Origin: Nitrosopumilus sp. | Lineage (GTDB): Archaea > Thermoproteota > Nitrososphaeria > Nitrososphaerales > Nitrosopumilaceae | NCBI GenBank assembly: GCA_965205425.1 | Contig: CBDBGZ010000004.1 | Span: forward strand, 224,001-288,000 | Length of the DNA stretch: 64,000 nt | Reading direction: 5' to 3' | Translations under genes and position numbers: made by a program | Notes under the pieces: generated by a model | Database searches by the model: none | What the model saw: only the letters and a program-made list of their open reading frames with translations | What the model was told of the DNA's origin: nothing | Shown here: piece after piece, positions 41,295 through 50,500 of the stretch | Layout: every line of letters begins with the position of its first letter | Numbering within the stretch: position 1 is the first letter of the stretch

Positions 41295-42281
41295 TCAAAC
41301 AAATAGATGAATCAGATAAGTAAATCCAATTCCCATTGCTGCAGCACCAGGGATTGTAATAATCCAGGAAAATACAATCTGCCTACTAACCTTCCATCTT
41401 ACCGCACGTTTTCTACGAGCAGCACCTGAACCCATTATGGTACCTGTAATTGCGTGCGTAGTACTTGCAGGAATACCAAATACTGCAAATATTGCCAACA
41501 TCAATCCACCACTCGTTTCAGCAGCAAATCCTTGATAGGGTTTGAGTCTTGTAATTTTGACACCCAGTGTTTTGATTACTTTGTAACCACCAAAGAAAGT
41601 ACCAAGACCCATGGCAGTTGCGGCTGCAAAGATTACCCATAAGGGCATTTCAAGATCTGGAACCATTCCTGCTGAAAACAAAATTAAAACAATAATCCCC
41701 ATTGTTTTTTGTCCATCATTTGCACCATGAGTTAAGGCAAACCAAGCTGAAGAAATAATTTGTAATCTACCAAATGTTTTGTTTACAGGCCCAGGTTTAC
41801 GACTTGCAAATATTGTAATAATTAAAGTTGTTACTAGAAGACCAAAAATTATTCCTCCAATCGGAGCAATAACAATTCCTGCAAAAACTTTTGTTAAACC
41901 ACCATAAACTAATTTTTCAAATCCTAATCCTGCAATACCAGCACCCATTATTCCTCCAATTAAAGAATGACTGTTTGAAATTGGTAATCCAAAATAGGTA
42001 CACAAAGTACTCCATCCAATTGCACCTGCCAGACCACCTACAATCATGTATACTGTAATGTCATCAGGGCTAACAATCCCTTTTGCAATAGTTGCTGCAA
42101 CAGCAACACCAAAAACAAATGGGCCAATGAAATTCATTGCGGCAGATAGTCCTACAGCATGTATTGGTTTTAGAACACGAGTTCCAATTACAGTAGCAAC
42201 AGAATTTGCAGAATCATTAAATCCATTTACAAAATCAAAGATTAATGCTACAATAATGGCACCTATTGCTATTTCTAACAT
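41295..42281 (-). CDS. pit: PiT-family inorganic phosphate transporter
   Basis: NGFNDSAN, GLPISNSH, HGANDGQK, PASTTH. Confidence 0.95.
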   Translation of the reverse strand: MLEIAIGAIIVALIFDFVNGFNDSANSVATVIGTRVLKPIHAVGLSAAMNFIGPFVFGVAVAATIAKGIVSPDDITVYMIVGGLAGAIGWSTLCTYFGLPISNSHSLIGGIMGAGIAGLGFEKLVYGGLTKVFAGIVIAPIGGIIFGLLVTTLIITIFASRKPGPVNKTFGRLQIISSAWFALTHGANDGQKTMGIIVLILFSAGMVPDLEMPLWVIFAAATAMGLGTFFGGYKVIKTLGVKITRLKPYQGFAAETSGGLMLAIFAVFGIPASTTHAITGTIMGSGAARRKRAVRWKVSRQIVFSWIITIPGAAAMGIGFTYLIHLFV

Positions 42282-42290
42282 TTAATCATC

Positions 42291-42920
42291 TCAAGTATAT
42301 TTCAAAACGATATCTTCGATTACATCTGCAACATCAACGCATCTATCAGATGCAGTCTCCATTGTTTCGTAGATATCTTTTAGTTTGATGATTTTAATTG
42401 CATCATTACTTTCAAAGAGTTCTTTGATTGCTTCTCTATACAAATCATCAACAGTATGCTCAATATCACCAGTATTTCGACAATGTTCAATCATGTCTTT
42501 TGAATTTTTGATATTTTGTAATTTTGAAATCATGTATTCTACTTCTTTTGTTGCTTTGACTAGTTCTTCTGCCATTTGTTGAGTATATGCAGGAGGGGTA
42601 GTGATTTTGTAACTGTGTACTCTGGCTGCAATTCCATCCATGAAATCTATCACATCATCAATTTTCGAGGCTATTCTTTGCATATCTTCACGATCTAGAG
42701 GAGTGATGAAGGTTTTGTTTAACTCAGAAAAGATATCACGTGTTAAAACATCTGCTTCAGTTTCAAGTCGATGAATTTTTTGGACTTGTTCTAAATTATC
42801 AAGATTTTCAAATAAAACCACTACGGCTTCAGAGGTTTCAACTGCTTTTTTTGCTAAATTATCAAGAATTGTTAAGAGTTCTTTTTCATTGGATTTTATC
42901 CAAGACAACCATTGTCCCAT
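42291..42920 (-). CDS. DUF47 (PhoU-like) Pit accessory protein
   Basis: ETEAD, FITPLDRED, DRCVDVAD. Confidence 0.92.
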   Translation of the reverse strand: MGQWLSWIKSNEKELLTILDNLAKKAVETSEAVVVLFENLDNLEQVQKIHRLETEADVLTRDIFSELNKTFITPLDREDMQRIASKIDDVIDFMDGIAARVHSYKITTPPAYTQQMAEELVKATKEVEYMISKLQNIKNSKDMIEHCRNTGDIEHTVDDLYREAIKELFESNDAIKIIKLKDIYETMETASDRCVDVADVIEDIVLKYT

Positions 42921-43064
42921 GATTCATGAATTGCAAATTTGGACATAAGGCTAGTGAACATAATGTCTATTGTTCTATATAGTGACATGATCAAATCACA
43001 TATTTTCTTTTGATCGCATTTAGAAATAAAAAATAGTTAAAAAAATAAAAAAATAAAAATTAGT

Positions 43065-44672
43065 TTACTGGGTAGTATATTCTGAACGCCAGTCTTGTGT
43101 GTTTCTAAGATCTTTAGAGCTTGTAGTATTTGCTTTTTCTGATTCAAACATTGTATCATAGACGGGATTGTTAGGATGATATCCTAAGCATTCAAAATCA
43201 ATGATATTTGCTAATGCAAAACCCTTGAAGTAACCATCTTCTTTATCGCGGTCTGATTCAACAACATAATCAGTTACTCTACAATCAACATAATTGAAAG
43301 TACGTATATTTTTTCCATCTACCATTAATTCAACATCTACCTGGAATAAACTCAAGGTAGGATTGATTCCAGATTGACTTTGGAGTCTGAGATTTTCATC
43401 TATTGCAGAATACAACAAGGGAGTATCATCAACTAATCCTTCAACTACAAAAGTGGGATTTGATCTAGATAATACATCTCCTTGATCATAGAATGGAAAG
43501 TCAACTACTTCTTGTCCATCCTCAAACGTAAAGGTAGTTATGGCATGCACATTTCCAGAAGTTGGAAATTCATGTTGTGGAAGTTCATTAGAAACAAATG
43601 ATGTTTTCCAAATAGGAACGTCACTGTCATATAATGATGCTAAATTATCATTTATTGGAGTAAGTCCAGAACAAGTAAATCCAATTTGATTTACCATTGC
43701 AAATCCACTTTTTCCAGTAAATCCATCTTCCTTATCTGCTAATGTAGTAAGTAGTGCAGTATCAACAATACAAGAGCTATAATCAAGGGCTCGAAGAGTC
43801 TCACCATCTTTGACAAATTCAACTAATGCATCAAAGTCATTGTTGAATGCTACAGTGATACCAGAAACTTGTCTTGATTTATCAATTGCTGCATATAGCA
43901 AGGGATAATCAGAAATCACACTTTCTACATTAAATTGAGCAGCAACTGTATCGTCATTCTCCGCAAATCCAGAAGTTATTTCAAAGAATGGAAACTCTAT
44001 TATCTCAAATCCCCCATCAAACTCAAAAGTGACAAATGTTCGTATATCATTTGCAAATTTGTAGTCAAGAGTACCAAAATCAGTATATGTTCTTTCAGAT
44101 ACTCGTACAGGGGCAATGTTAGTGCCAACTCCATCTAACCCACCACAATTAAAATCAATTAGATCAACTACAGCAAACCCAGTCTTAGAAGACATGTAAC
44201 TTTCTTGATCATCCCGGAGTGTTTTTACTTCATAGTCAGTGACATCACAATTATGATAATTTAGAGTTTTTATCACTTCACCATGTTTTACAAAATCAAC
44301 GTCAACTTCAAAATAACGATAATCATATTCAAAACTTGAACCACCAGTAGTTTGCAGCCTATATTGATATGCTTGATCTAATGCTTCATACAAATGAGGG
44401 GCATCATTTAACACACCTTCTATTTCAAAGGAGATTCCACTGTTGTCAACAAAATCTTCACCCATTTTAAAAATAGGGAAATTATGGATTTCAACACCAT
44501 CTCTGAAAGTAAATGTTAGAATGGCCTCTATATCATCTGCCATTTTGTATTTAGTTGATTCTTCAATTGCTTTTGCTTCTTCAGCATATACATTTGAAAC
44601 TCCAAATGGAATTATTGTGAATAATGCAATAAAGCTAAAAACCATAATATTTTTTATATTTTTACAAGTCAT
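43065..44672 (-). CDS. Secreted protein with three tandem ~135-aa repeats, Hcp/tail-tube-like by pattern
   Basis: Signal peptide (...VYA|EE); three copies of TF.F..G.E...FP, P.LY.A.D, V.F...G......Y..C.V, GFA....I.F.C.G. Confidence 0.8.
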   Translation of the reverse strand: MTCKNIKNIMVFSFIALFTIIPFGVSNVYAEEAKAIEESTKYKMADDIEAILTFTFRDGVEIHNFPIFKMGEDFVDNSGISFEIEGVLNDAPHLYEALDQAYQYRLQTTGGSSFEYDYRYFEVDVDFVKHGEVIKTLNYHNCDVTDYEVKTLRDDQESYMSSKTGFAVVDLIDFNCGGLDGVGTNIAPVRVSERTYTDFGTLDYKFANDIRTFVTFEFDGGFEIIEFPFFEITSGFAENDDTVAAQFNVESVISDYPLLYAAIDKSRQVSGITVAFNNDFDALVEFVKDGETLRALDYSSCIVDTALLTTLADKEDGFTGKSGFAMVNQIGFTCSGLTPINDNLASLYDSDVPIWKTSFVSNELPQHEFPTSGNVHAITTFTFEDGQEVVDFPFYDQGDVLSRSNPTFVVEGLVDDTPLLYSAIDENLRLQSQSGINPTLSLFQVDVELMVDGKNIRTFNYVDCRVTDYVVESDRDKEDGYFKGFALANIIDFECLGYHPNNPVYDTMFESEKANTTSSKDLRNTQDWRSEYTTQ

Positions 44673-44704
44673 TAAATTATAAATGGATTTTTAGATTATA
44701 AATT

Positions 44705-44794
44705 GAAACATGGTTTTCTATATGTAGAACATATTTCTAGAGGAAGTATAGATTCTATAGACTTGTTTTCTATTTCTATAACATGTTTCTAGAA
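44705..44794. promoter_or_regulatory. Clustered degenerate ACA..TTTCTA motifs upstream of the triple-repeat gene
   Basis: GAAACATGGTTTTCTA, GAACATATTTCTA, GACTTGTTTTCTA, AACATGTTTCTA in about 90 bp. Confidence 0.3.
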
Positions 44795-44820
44795 AATAAG
44801 AATAGCACAAGGATGAATTT

Positions 44821-46389
44821 CTATTCTTCACAATTTATCAATAGATCTTTGCTTGAATCAATATAACATCTATCAGAGTAAGAGCCACCATCAATTACAT
44901 CTGAACCTGAATTAGCATAAATTAAATCACTTCCAGACTGACCCTTTAAGATATCATTTCCAGAATTTCCTTTAATTACATCACTGCCTTCATTACCAGA
45001 AATAATGTCATCTCCAGGACCTCCAAAAATACAATCGTTTCCTAATCCTCCAGATATCAAATCATTACCAGCCATTCCAAATATTAGATCATCTCCATCA
45101 GTTCCAGAAATTACATCATCTCCAGATGTTCCTTCGATGAGATTGTAATCAGAATAATTATGACCACATGTCATCACAGTAACCCTTTGATTATCAGTAG
45201 AACTATGTCCAGCATTATCAAAGGCTATCCAAATTACATTGTTAGATCCAGGTTTGAATCCATCAGGAGCATTATTTACAATGATTTTGATTCCACTTGC
45301 ATCAGTAGCATTTGCATTTCCAATAAATACATCAGTTAGAAAATCTTCTGCTTCTACAACAATTGAATCAGGGGCAATAATCACAGGTTTAGTTTGATCT
45401 TCTGATGCAGGCCTAACTTCAGGAGGAGCAACATAATAAGACTCTGTAGGTTGTTCAAAAAATTCTGTTTCAAATGATTGTATTGCATGAGTTTGAGAAT
45501 CAAGTACTAGTAATTCACCATTAATTCCAATTGCCAAATCAGTAATATTTTCAAAAACATCATGATATGGACCAATTTGTTCATCTACACCAAGTCTTAA
45601 ATCAGTATTTTCAGATAGATGTAAAATTCTATTATTGCCAGAGTTTACAACAAACATATCTCCTAATGGAGAAACAGTAATTGCTTCAGGGGCAAATACA
45701 TAACTTGGGAAATAAAATGGAAAAGATTCTATTAAAACACCATCTGAAGTGAATTTTTCAATTTTTCCATTTCCTTTATCAGTAACATAAAGATTTCCTT
45801 CTTTATCAGAATCAATTCCAATAACATTTAGAAATTGTCCAGGACCTAAACCGCTAGAACCAAATGATGAAACAAATTCACCTTCGGTAGAAAATATTTG
45901 AATTCTTTGATTTCCAGTATCAACTACATACAGAAGACCATTACTTGCAGTTATTCCATTAGGATAGAAAAATTGTCCTTCAGCAATTCCTTTTTTACCC
46001 CAAGTTTGAATAAATTCTCCATCCAAAGAAAATTTTTGAATACGATTAAGATCACGATCTGCAACAAAAACAGAATCACTAGTTACTGCAATTCCAGAAG
46101 GATTGTAAAAATCACCTAATTGTTTTCCACTATTCCCCCAATGAGTGACATATTCACCACTGCTAGAAAATTTTTGAATACGTTTGTTACCAAAATCAGT
46201 TACATAGATGCTACCATCTTCACCTACTGCAACAAATTGAGGATGAACAAAATGTCCAGCTTCAGTAGGCCCATATTTACCCCATTTATGCAATGGATCA
46301 TAATCACCATATCCAAATGATGTTTGGGCAAAAGAACTAGCTAAAAGGATTCCAGAAAAAATCATCAGTGTAAAAAATAGTTTCAACAA
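44821..46389 (-). CDS. Secreted NHL beta-propeller + HYR-like + RTX Ca-binding repeat protein
   Basis: Signal peptide; repeated F..P.GIA...YV.D..N.RIQKF; D.TKPVI.AP..ATD; multiple GGxGxD nonapeptides. Confidence 0.88.
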   Translation of the reverse strand: MLKLFFTLMIFSGILLASSFAQTSFGYGDYDPLHKWGKYGPTEAGHFVHPQFVAVGEDGSIYVTDFGNKRIQKFSSSGEYVTHWGNSGKQLGDFYNPSGIAVTSDSVFVADRDLNRIQKFSLDGEFIQTWGKKGIAEGQFFYPNGITASNGLLYVVDTGNQRIQIFSTEGEFVSSFGSSGLGPGQFLNVIGIDSDKEGNLYVTDKGNGKIEKFTSDGVLIESFPFYFPSYVFAPEAITVSPLGDMFVVNSGNNRILHLSENTDLRLGVDEQIGPYHDVFENITDLAIGINGELLVLDSQTHAIQSFETEFFEQPTESYYVAPPEVRPASEDQTKPVIIAPDSIVVEAEDFLTDVFIGNANATDASGIKIIVNNAPDGFKPGSNNVIWIAFDNAGHSSTDNQRVTVMTCGHNYSDYNLIEGTSGDDVISGTDGDDLIFGMAGNDLISGGLGNDCIFGGPGDDIISGNEGSDVIKGNSGNDILKGQSGSDLIYANSGSDVIDGGSYSDRCYIDSSKDLLINCEE

Positions 46390-46561
46390 GCATTAGTGGC
46401 AAAGTTAGAGAAACATTACCAAGGTTAGTTTATTTTGTAATTATTGTCAACTTTATGTCAAAATGGTTTGTTTACTTCACGCGTAAATACATAGCTTGCC
46501 AAGCCAACCATAGCAAGTACAAATGCTGCCAAAATTCCAAGGCTCAAAATGATAGGTATTC

Positions 46562-47726
46562 GAGACATGGGCATAACTAATTCTAATTTTTGAGTCAATT
46601 CTCAAATTATTCAAATAGAAAAAGCTAAGGATCTTATCATGTTTTGTTCATTGTAATGTCAAAACAAATGAAAATCCCTAGCAAGATTCTATCGGAATCA
46701 TTTCTTATTGGTATTTTGTATTTAGTGGGAATGTTGTCTTTGTATGAAGAGATACTGAAACCCGGTAGACCGTACGTATACTCTACAATTCTAATGGTAC
46801 AGCTGTCCATCATAAAGTCATGGATGAGAATTCCAAGCAACAATACATTACATTATTTTCTTTTGACTAAAGGTATCAATGATAAATTGCTCAAGGTTTG
46901 CAGACTAGCTCAAATTCCAAACAGAAGAACCATTGACAGGAGATTTCAAGTTCTGCCAATTGGTGATATAATCAGTAATATGGAAAGTCTGTTTGTATCA
47001 GAGAAACTAGTCGATGACATATCTGCATCAGTGGATAGTTCAATGCTAAAAGCTGCAGGTCCAGTATGGCACAAATCAGATATGAAGCAAAACAGACTTC
47101 CAATCTCAGGAATTAATACGGATGCAAAATGGGGTTTTTCAAAATCAAAGGGTTGGATATTTGGGTACAAACTGCATATGAGTTGTAGTACTGGCAAACT
47201 GGTTGTTCCACTATCTGCTGATGTCTCAACTGCAAATGTTCATGACGGCAAGATGTATGAAATACTAACTGAATCTCTTGCAGGATTTGTCGAGAATATC
47301 TTATGTGATCCTGCATATGACAATGGTTCACTGCATCAATTTAGCAACAAGAAAAATCTGAGATTAATTACTCCAATAAAACAATACCCGCATACGCCAC
47401 CAGAGAGAATAAAACTCGTAGAGTTTTACAATTCTGTAATTGGTCAAGAGCTGTATGCAGATAGAAAAGTCTCAATTGAACCTCTATTTGAGTATCTCAA
47501 AGATAATATTTTTGACATCAGAGTATTGCCTGTAAAGGGATTGCACAATGTCAAATCATTTGTAATGATTTGTGTTCTTGTGTATCAGTTGACAGTTTAC
47601 TACAACTGTGCAATTGGTGCAGAGAATCCAAGAACCGTAAAGAGAATGCTTTGCTGTTAGGGAATCACTGAGAATTATTTTTGTAAATAGTTATGCCCAA
47701 GTCTCAAATAGTTATGCCCAAGTCTC
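46562..47726 (+). mobile_element. GAGAC-ended DDE IS, intact copy with a doubled right end
   Basis: GAGACATGGGCATAACTA / TAGTTATGCCCAAGTCTC; TSD AGGTATTC at 46554-46561 and 47727-47734. Confidence 0.92.
46644..47660 (+). CDS. DDE_Tnp_1-type transposase (IS5/IS982-like; family uncertain)
   Basis: VDSS, DAKWG...GYKLH, ANVHD, DPAYD, RKVSIEPLFEYLK. Confidence 0.9.
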   Translation: MFIVMSKQMKIPSKILSESFLIGILYLVGMLSLYEEILKPGRPYVYSTILMVQLSIIKSWMRIPSNNTLHYFLLTKGINDKLLKVCRLAQIPNRRTIDRRFQVLPIGDIISNMESLFVSEKLVDDISASVDSSMLKAAGPVWHKSDMKQNRLPISGINTDAKWGFSKSKGWIFGYKLHMSCSTGKLVVPLSADVSTANVHDGKMYEILTESLAGFVENILCDPAYDNGSLHQFSNKKNLRLITPIKQYPHTPPERIKLVEFYNSVIGQELYADRKVSIEPLFEYLKDNIFDIRVLPVKGLHNVKSFVMICVLVYQLTVYYNCAIGAENPRTVKRMLCC

Positions 47727-48412
47727 AGGTATTCCACCTTCAGATACGCCTGTCATCAATTCTCTAACCAACAAAACGGTATAAGTCACAGGATTTAGTT
47801 TTGCAATCACTGCAAGCCAGTCAGGAAGTAATTCTAGTGGGAATAACGCAGGACTAAGCATGAACAATGGCATCCCAAGAAAATTAATCATGCCCCAAAA
47901 AATTTCCTGAGATTTTGCAGTTGCTGCAATCATTACAGATATTCCAGAAAAGCCTAATGAAAATAAAATGACAATTGTCATGATAGGTGCAATCATTATT
48001 GGATTAGGGAAATTAACACCAATAGCTAATGCAATTCCTAAAATCAAACTAGCTTCTAATGCAGCAATTAAAGAGATTGCAGACATTTTTCCCAATGCAA
48101 TTGCAGATCGAGATATTGGAGAAGATAGAGCTTTATTCATAAAACCATACCGTCTATCCCATAAAGTATTGACACCGCCAAAAATACTTGTAAAAATTGC
48201 AGTAAGAATAATTACTCCAGGGGCCATAAATTCAATATATTCACCTTCAAATCCAACTGATTGAATCAAAGGTTGAGTTCCAGAAAAAGTATTACCAATT
48301 ACTATAATCCAAATTGCAGGTTGGATTAATCTAATTAAAACACCACTGCGAGATTTTTTGTATCTTTTTAGTTCTCTCCAAAATATTGTGTAAGCATCAT
48401 ATGCTAAAGTGT

Positions 48413-49432
48413 TCATGCACGTAACCTCTTCATTTTTGCATGTTCACGTTTTCTATTGAATCCAGATTCATCACCTTTGATTTCATGACCAGTATAAGAT
48501 ATGAAAACATCATCAAGTGTTGGCTGTGTTAAAGAGATAGATTTTATTTTTATTTCAAGTTCTGAGGAAAATTGAAAAATTTTAGGAATTACTTCAGTAC
48601 CATTTGAAGCAAATAAGGTAAGTTTGGAACCATCTTCATTAATTTTGGTTACAAATTCAATTTTTCTAATTTTAGATAAGAAAGGATCACGATTTCGACC
48701 TTCATCAATAACGACTGAAATCACTTCATTGCCCATTGCATTTTTCATACTTTCAGGAGAATCAATTACTTGAATTTTTCCACCATCAATGATTCCAACC
48801 CCATCACATAGCTGATCTGCTTCTTCCATATAGTGTGTAGATACAAAAATAGTCATCTCAAATTCAGTATGAATTTTTTTGATATATTCCCAAATTTTTC
48901 TACGAGTTTGAATATCTAATCCAACTGTAGGCTCATCAAGAAACAAAACTTTTGGTCTGTGCAGTAAACCACCTGCAATATCCAATCTTTTTCTCATACC
49001 ACCAGAATATGTAACAACTGCTTGATCTTGTTTATCAACAAGTTCGATTAATTCCAAAACTTCATCAATTCTTTTGTTAACTTCATTTTTTGGAATATGG
49101 TTAAGCTTGGCTTGTAACAAAAGATTTTCTCGTCCTGTAAGATACTCATCTACTGTTGATTCTTGTTGAACATATCCAATATTTTCTCGAACTTTTTTAG
49201 GATTTGCAGTAACATCAAATCCAGAAATTAATGCTTTACCAGATGTTGGTTTTAGTAAAGTAGTAAGAATCATCATCGTAGTACTTTTTCCAGCGCCGTT
49301 AGGTCCGAGAAAACCAAAGATTTCACCCTTTTCAACAGTAAAGGAAATATCATTTACTGCAATTACATCTCCAAACGACTTGGTAAGAGATTTTGTTTCT
49401 ATCGAATACAATACATTGATCGCAGTTGTCAA
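48413..49432 (-). CDS. ABC exporter ATP-binding subunit (DrrA-like)
   Basis: GPNGAGKST, YSGGMRKRL, LDEPTVGLD, PTLDDVF. Confidence 0.95.
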   Translation of the reverse strand: MTTAINVLYSIETKSLTKSFGDVIAVNDISFTVEKGEIFGFLGPNGAGKSTTMMILTTLLKPTSGKALISGFDVTANPKKVRENIGYVQQESTVDEYLTGRENLLLQAKLNHIPKNEVNKRIDEVLELIELVDKQDQAVVTYSGGMRKRLDIAGGLLHRPKVLFLDEPTVGLDIQTRRKIWEYIKKIHTEFEMTIFVSTHYMEEADQLCDGVGIIDGGKIQVIDSPESMKNAMGNEVISVVIDEGRNRDPFLSKIRKIEFVTKINEDGSKLTLFASNGTEVIPKIFQFSSELEIKIKSISLTQPTLDDVFISYTGHEIKGDESGFNRKREHAKMKRLRA

Positions 49433-49503
49433 TTATAAATTGCTAAGTATTAGATTAGTCGATCCTCATAAAAAATTTAAAGACCAAATAAAGAGTTCAA
49501 AAC

Positions 49504-49602
49504 ATGAAAGGATTATGCCAAAAATGTCACTCATCAAATGTTGAGATAACAGTTAATGAAGGAATTCCTGTATGTGAAGTTTGTTCTAAAAAAATAGACT
49601 AA
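49504..49602 (+). CDS. 32-aa Zn-ribbon peptide
   Basis: MKGLCQKCHSSNVEITVNEGIPVCEVCSKKID; TTTAAA upstream. Confidence 0.6.
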   Translation: MKGLCQKCHSSNVEITVNEGIPVCEVCSKKID

Positions 49603-49639
49603 TCAAAAAAGTATTTTGAAAAAAGAAAATTAAAAGAAA

Positions 49640-50092
49640 TTATTCAAGATTCTTGAATTCTTCTTTAGTTATTCTTAAAATAACTTTTTCTCCAACTCCC
49701 CAAATTTCAGATTTGGACAGAATTTTTGAATGCAATAAACCGTCACTAACTTCTATTGTTTCCAATTCACTAGTTTCAGAATTTTTGTGCAATCTTTTTA
49801 CTTTGCCTATTTTGTGACTATCAATATCAGTTACTGGGATTCCAGTTCTTACAGGAGGTCGACTAAGTAGTAATGTTTCTGCAGAAAACTTGTCGATATA
49901 GTCTTCAGATAGAAAATAATCTCTACGAAATCCTTGATGAATAGTTACACCATTAACAACTAGTGTGTCTTGATTGATGTGGATGTGTTTGACTTTGCCA
50001 TATTGAATTCCTTCTCTATCGATGACTTTTTTTCCAGTAAATGTATCTGCAGTAGCTAAATTGCTAGGCATTCCTTCGAGTTTTACTGACAT
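49640..50092 (-). CDS. Tandem PRC-barrel protein
   Basis: GKKVIDREG..YGKV and V.D.D..KIGKV repeats. Confidence 0.85.
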   Translation of the reverse strand: MSVKLEGMPSNLATADTFTGKKVIDREGIQYGKVKHIHINQDTLVVNGVTIHQGFRRDYFLSEDYIDKFSAETLLLSRPPVRTGIPVTDIDSHKIGKVKRLHKNSETSELETIEVSDGLLHSKILSKSEIWGVGEKVILRITKEEFKNLE

Positions 50093-50180
50093 GGTACTGA
50101 ATCAACAGATTTGCTTATCACATCGAATATCAGAAATTTCTATCAATGGGGTTAAATTACTTGACAGAAGAAAATTACGC

Positions 50181-50498
50181 ATGGAAATCAAAGAAAGGCG
50201 CTTCAGACCAATCCTAACCACCAAAGGAAGGAAAACAGGGAAAGAACATTCAGTAATGCTCAGAGCAGTGAATTATAATGGAAAAATCTACTTTTCTAGA
50301 CATAAACCCGACGGGGATTGGTTTCAAAATGCCATTATAAATTCAGAGGTTAGAATAAAATACAATGCAAAAACATTCACAGGAAAAGCTCAGTTAGTTC
50401 AAGATGAAGAATTAGATAAAAAAATTTCAATGTTAAAGTATCCAGGAGAAGAAAGAGCTAAAGAAAAAAGAGTTACAATCGAAGTTACGTTAATTTAA
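50181..50498 (+). CDS. Deazaflavin(F420)-dependent nitroreductase-like protein
   Basis: LTTKGRKTGK, DWFQN; start set at ATG 50181. Confidence 0.75.
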   Translation: MEIKERRFRPILTTKGRKTGKEHSVMLRAVNYNGKIYFSRHKPDGDWFQNAIINSEVRIKYNAKTFTGKAQLVQDEELDKKISMLKYPGEERAKEKRVTIEVTLI

Positions 50499-50500
50499 TT

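Larger units (their letters stand above)
46458..48416 (-). pseudogene. ABC-2 permease interrupted by an IS (main part 47727-48416, last TM helix 46458-46561)
   Basis: Joining across the TSD gives ...SEGGIPIILSLGILAAFVLAMVGLASYVFTREVNKPF*. Confidence 0.88.

Noticed and set aside
43065..46389. Complete T6SS or eCIS locus
   Set aside because: No sheath, VgrG/PAAR, baseplate or AAA ATPase genes visible; only the tube-like pattern.
50022..50180. 5' extension of ORF 50022-50498
   Set aside because: Overlaps the divergent PRC-barrel gene; the domain begins at 50181.
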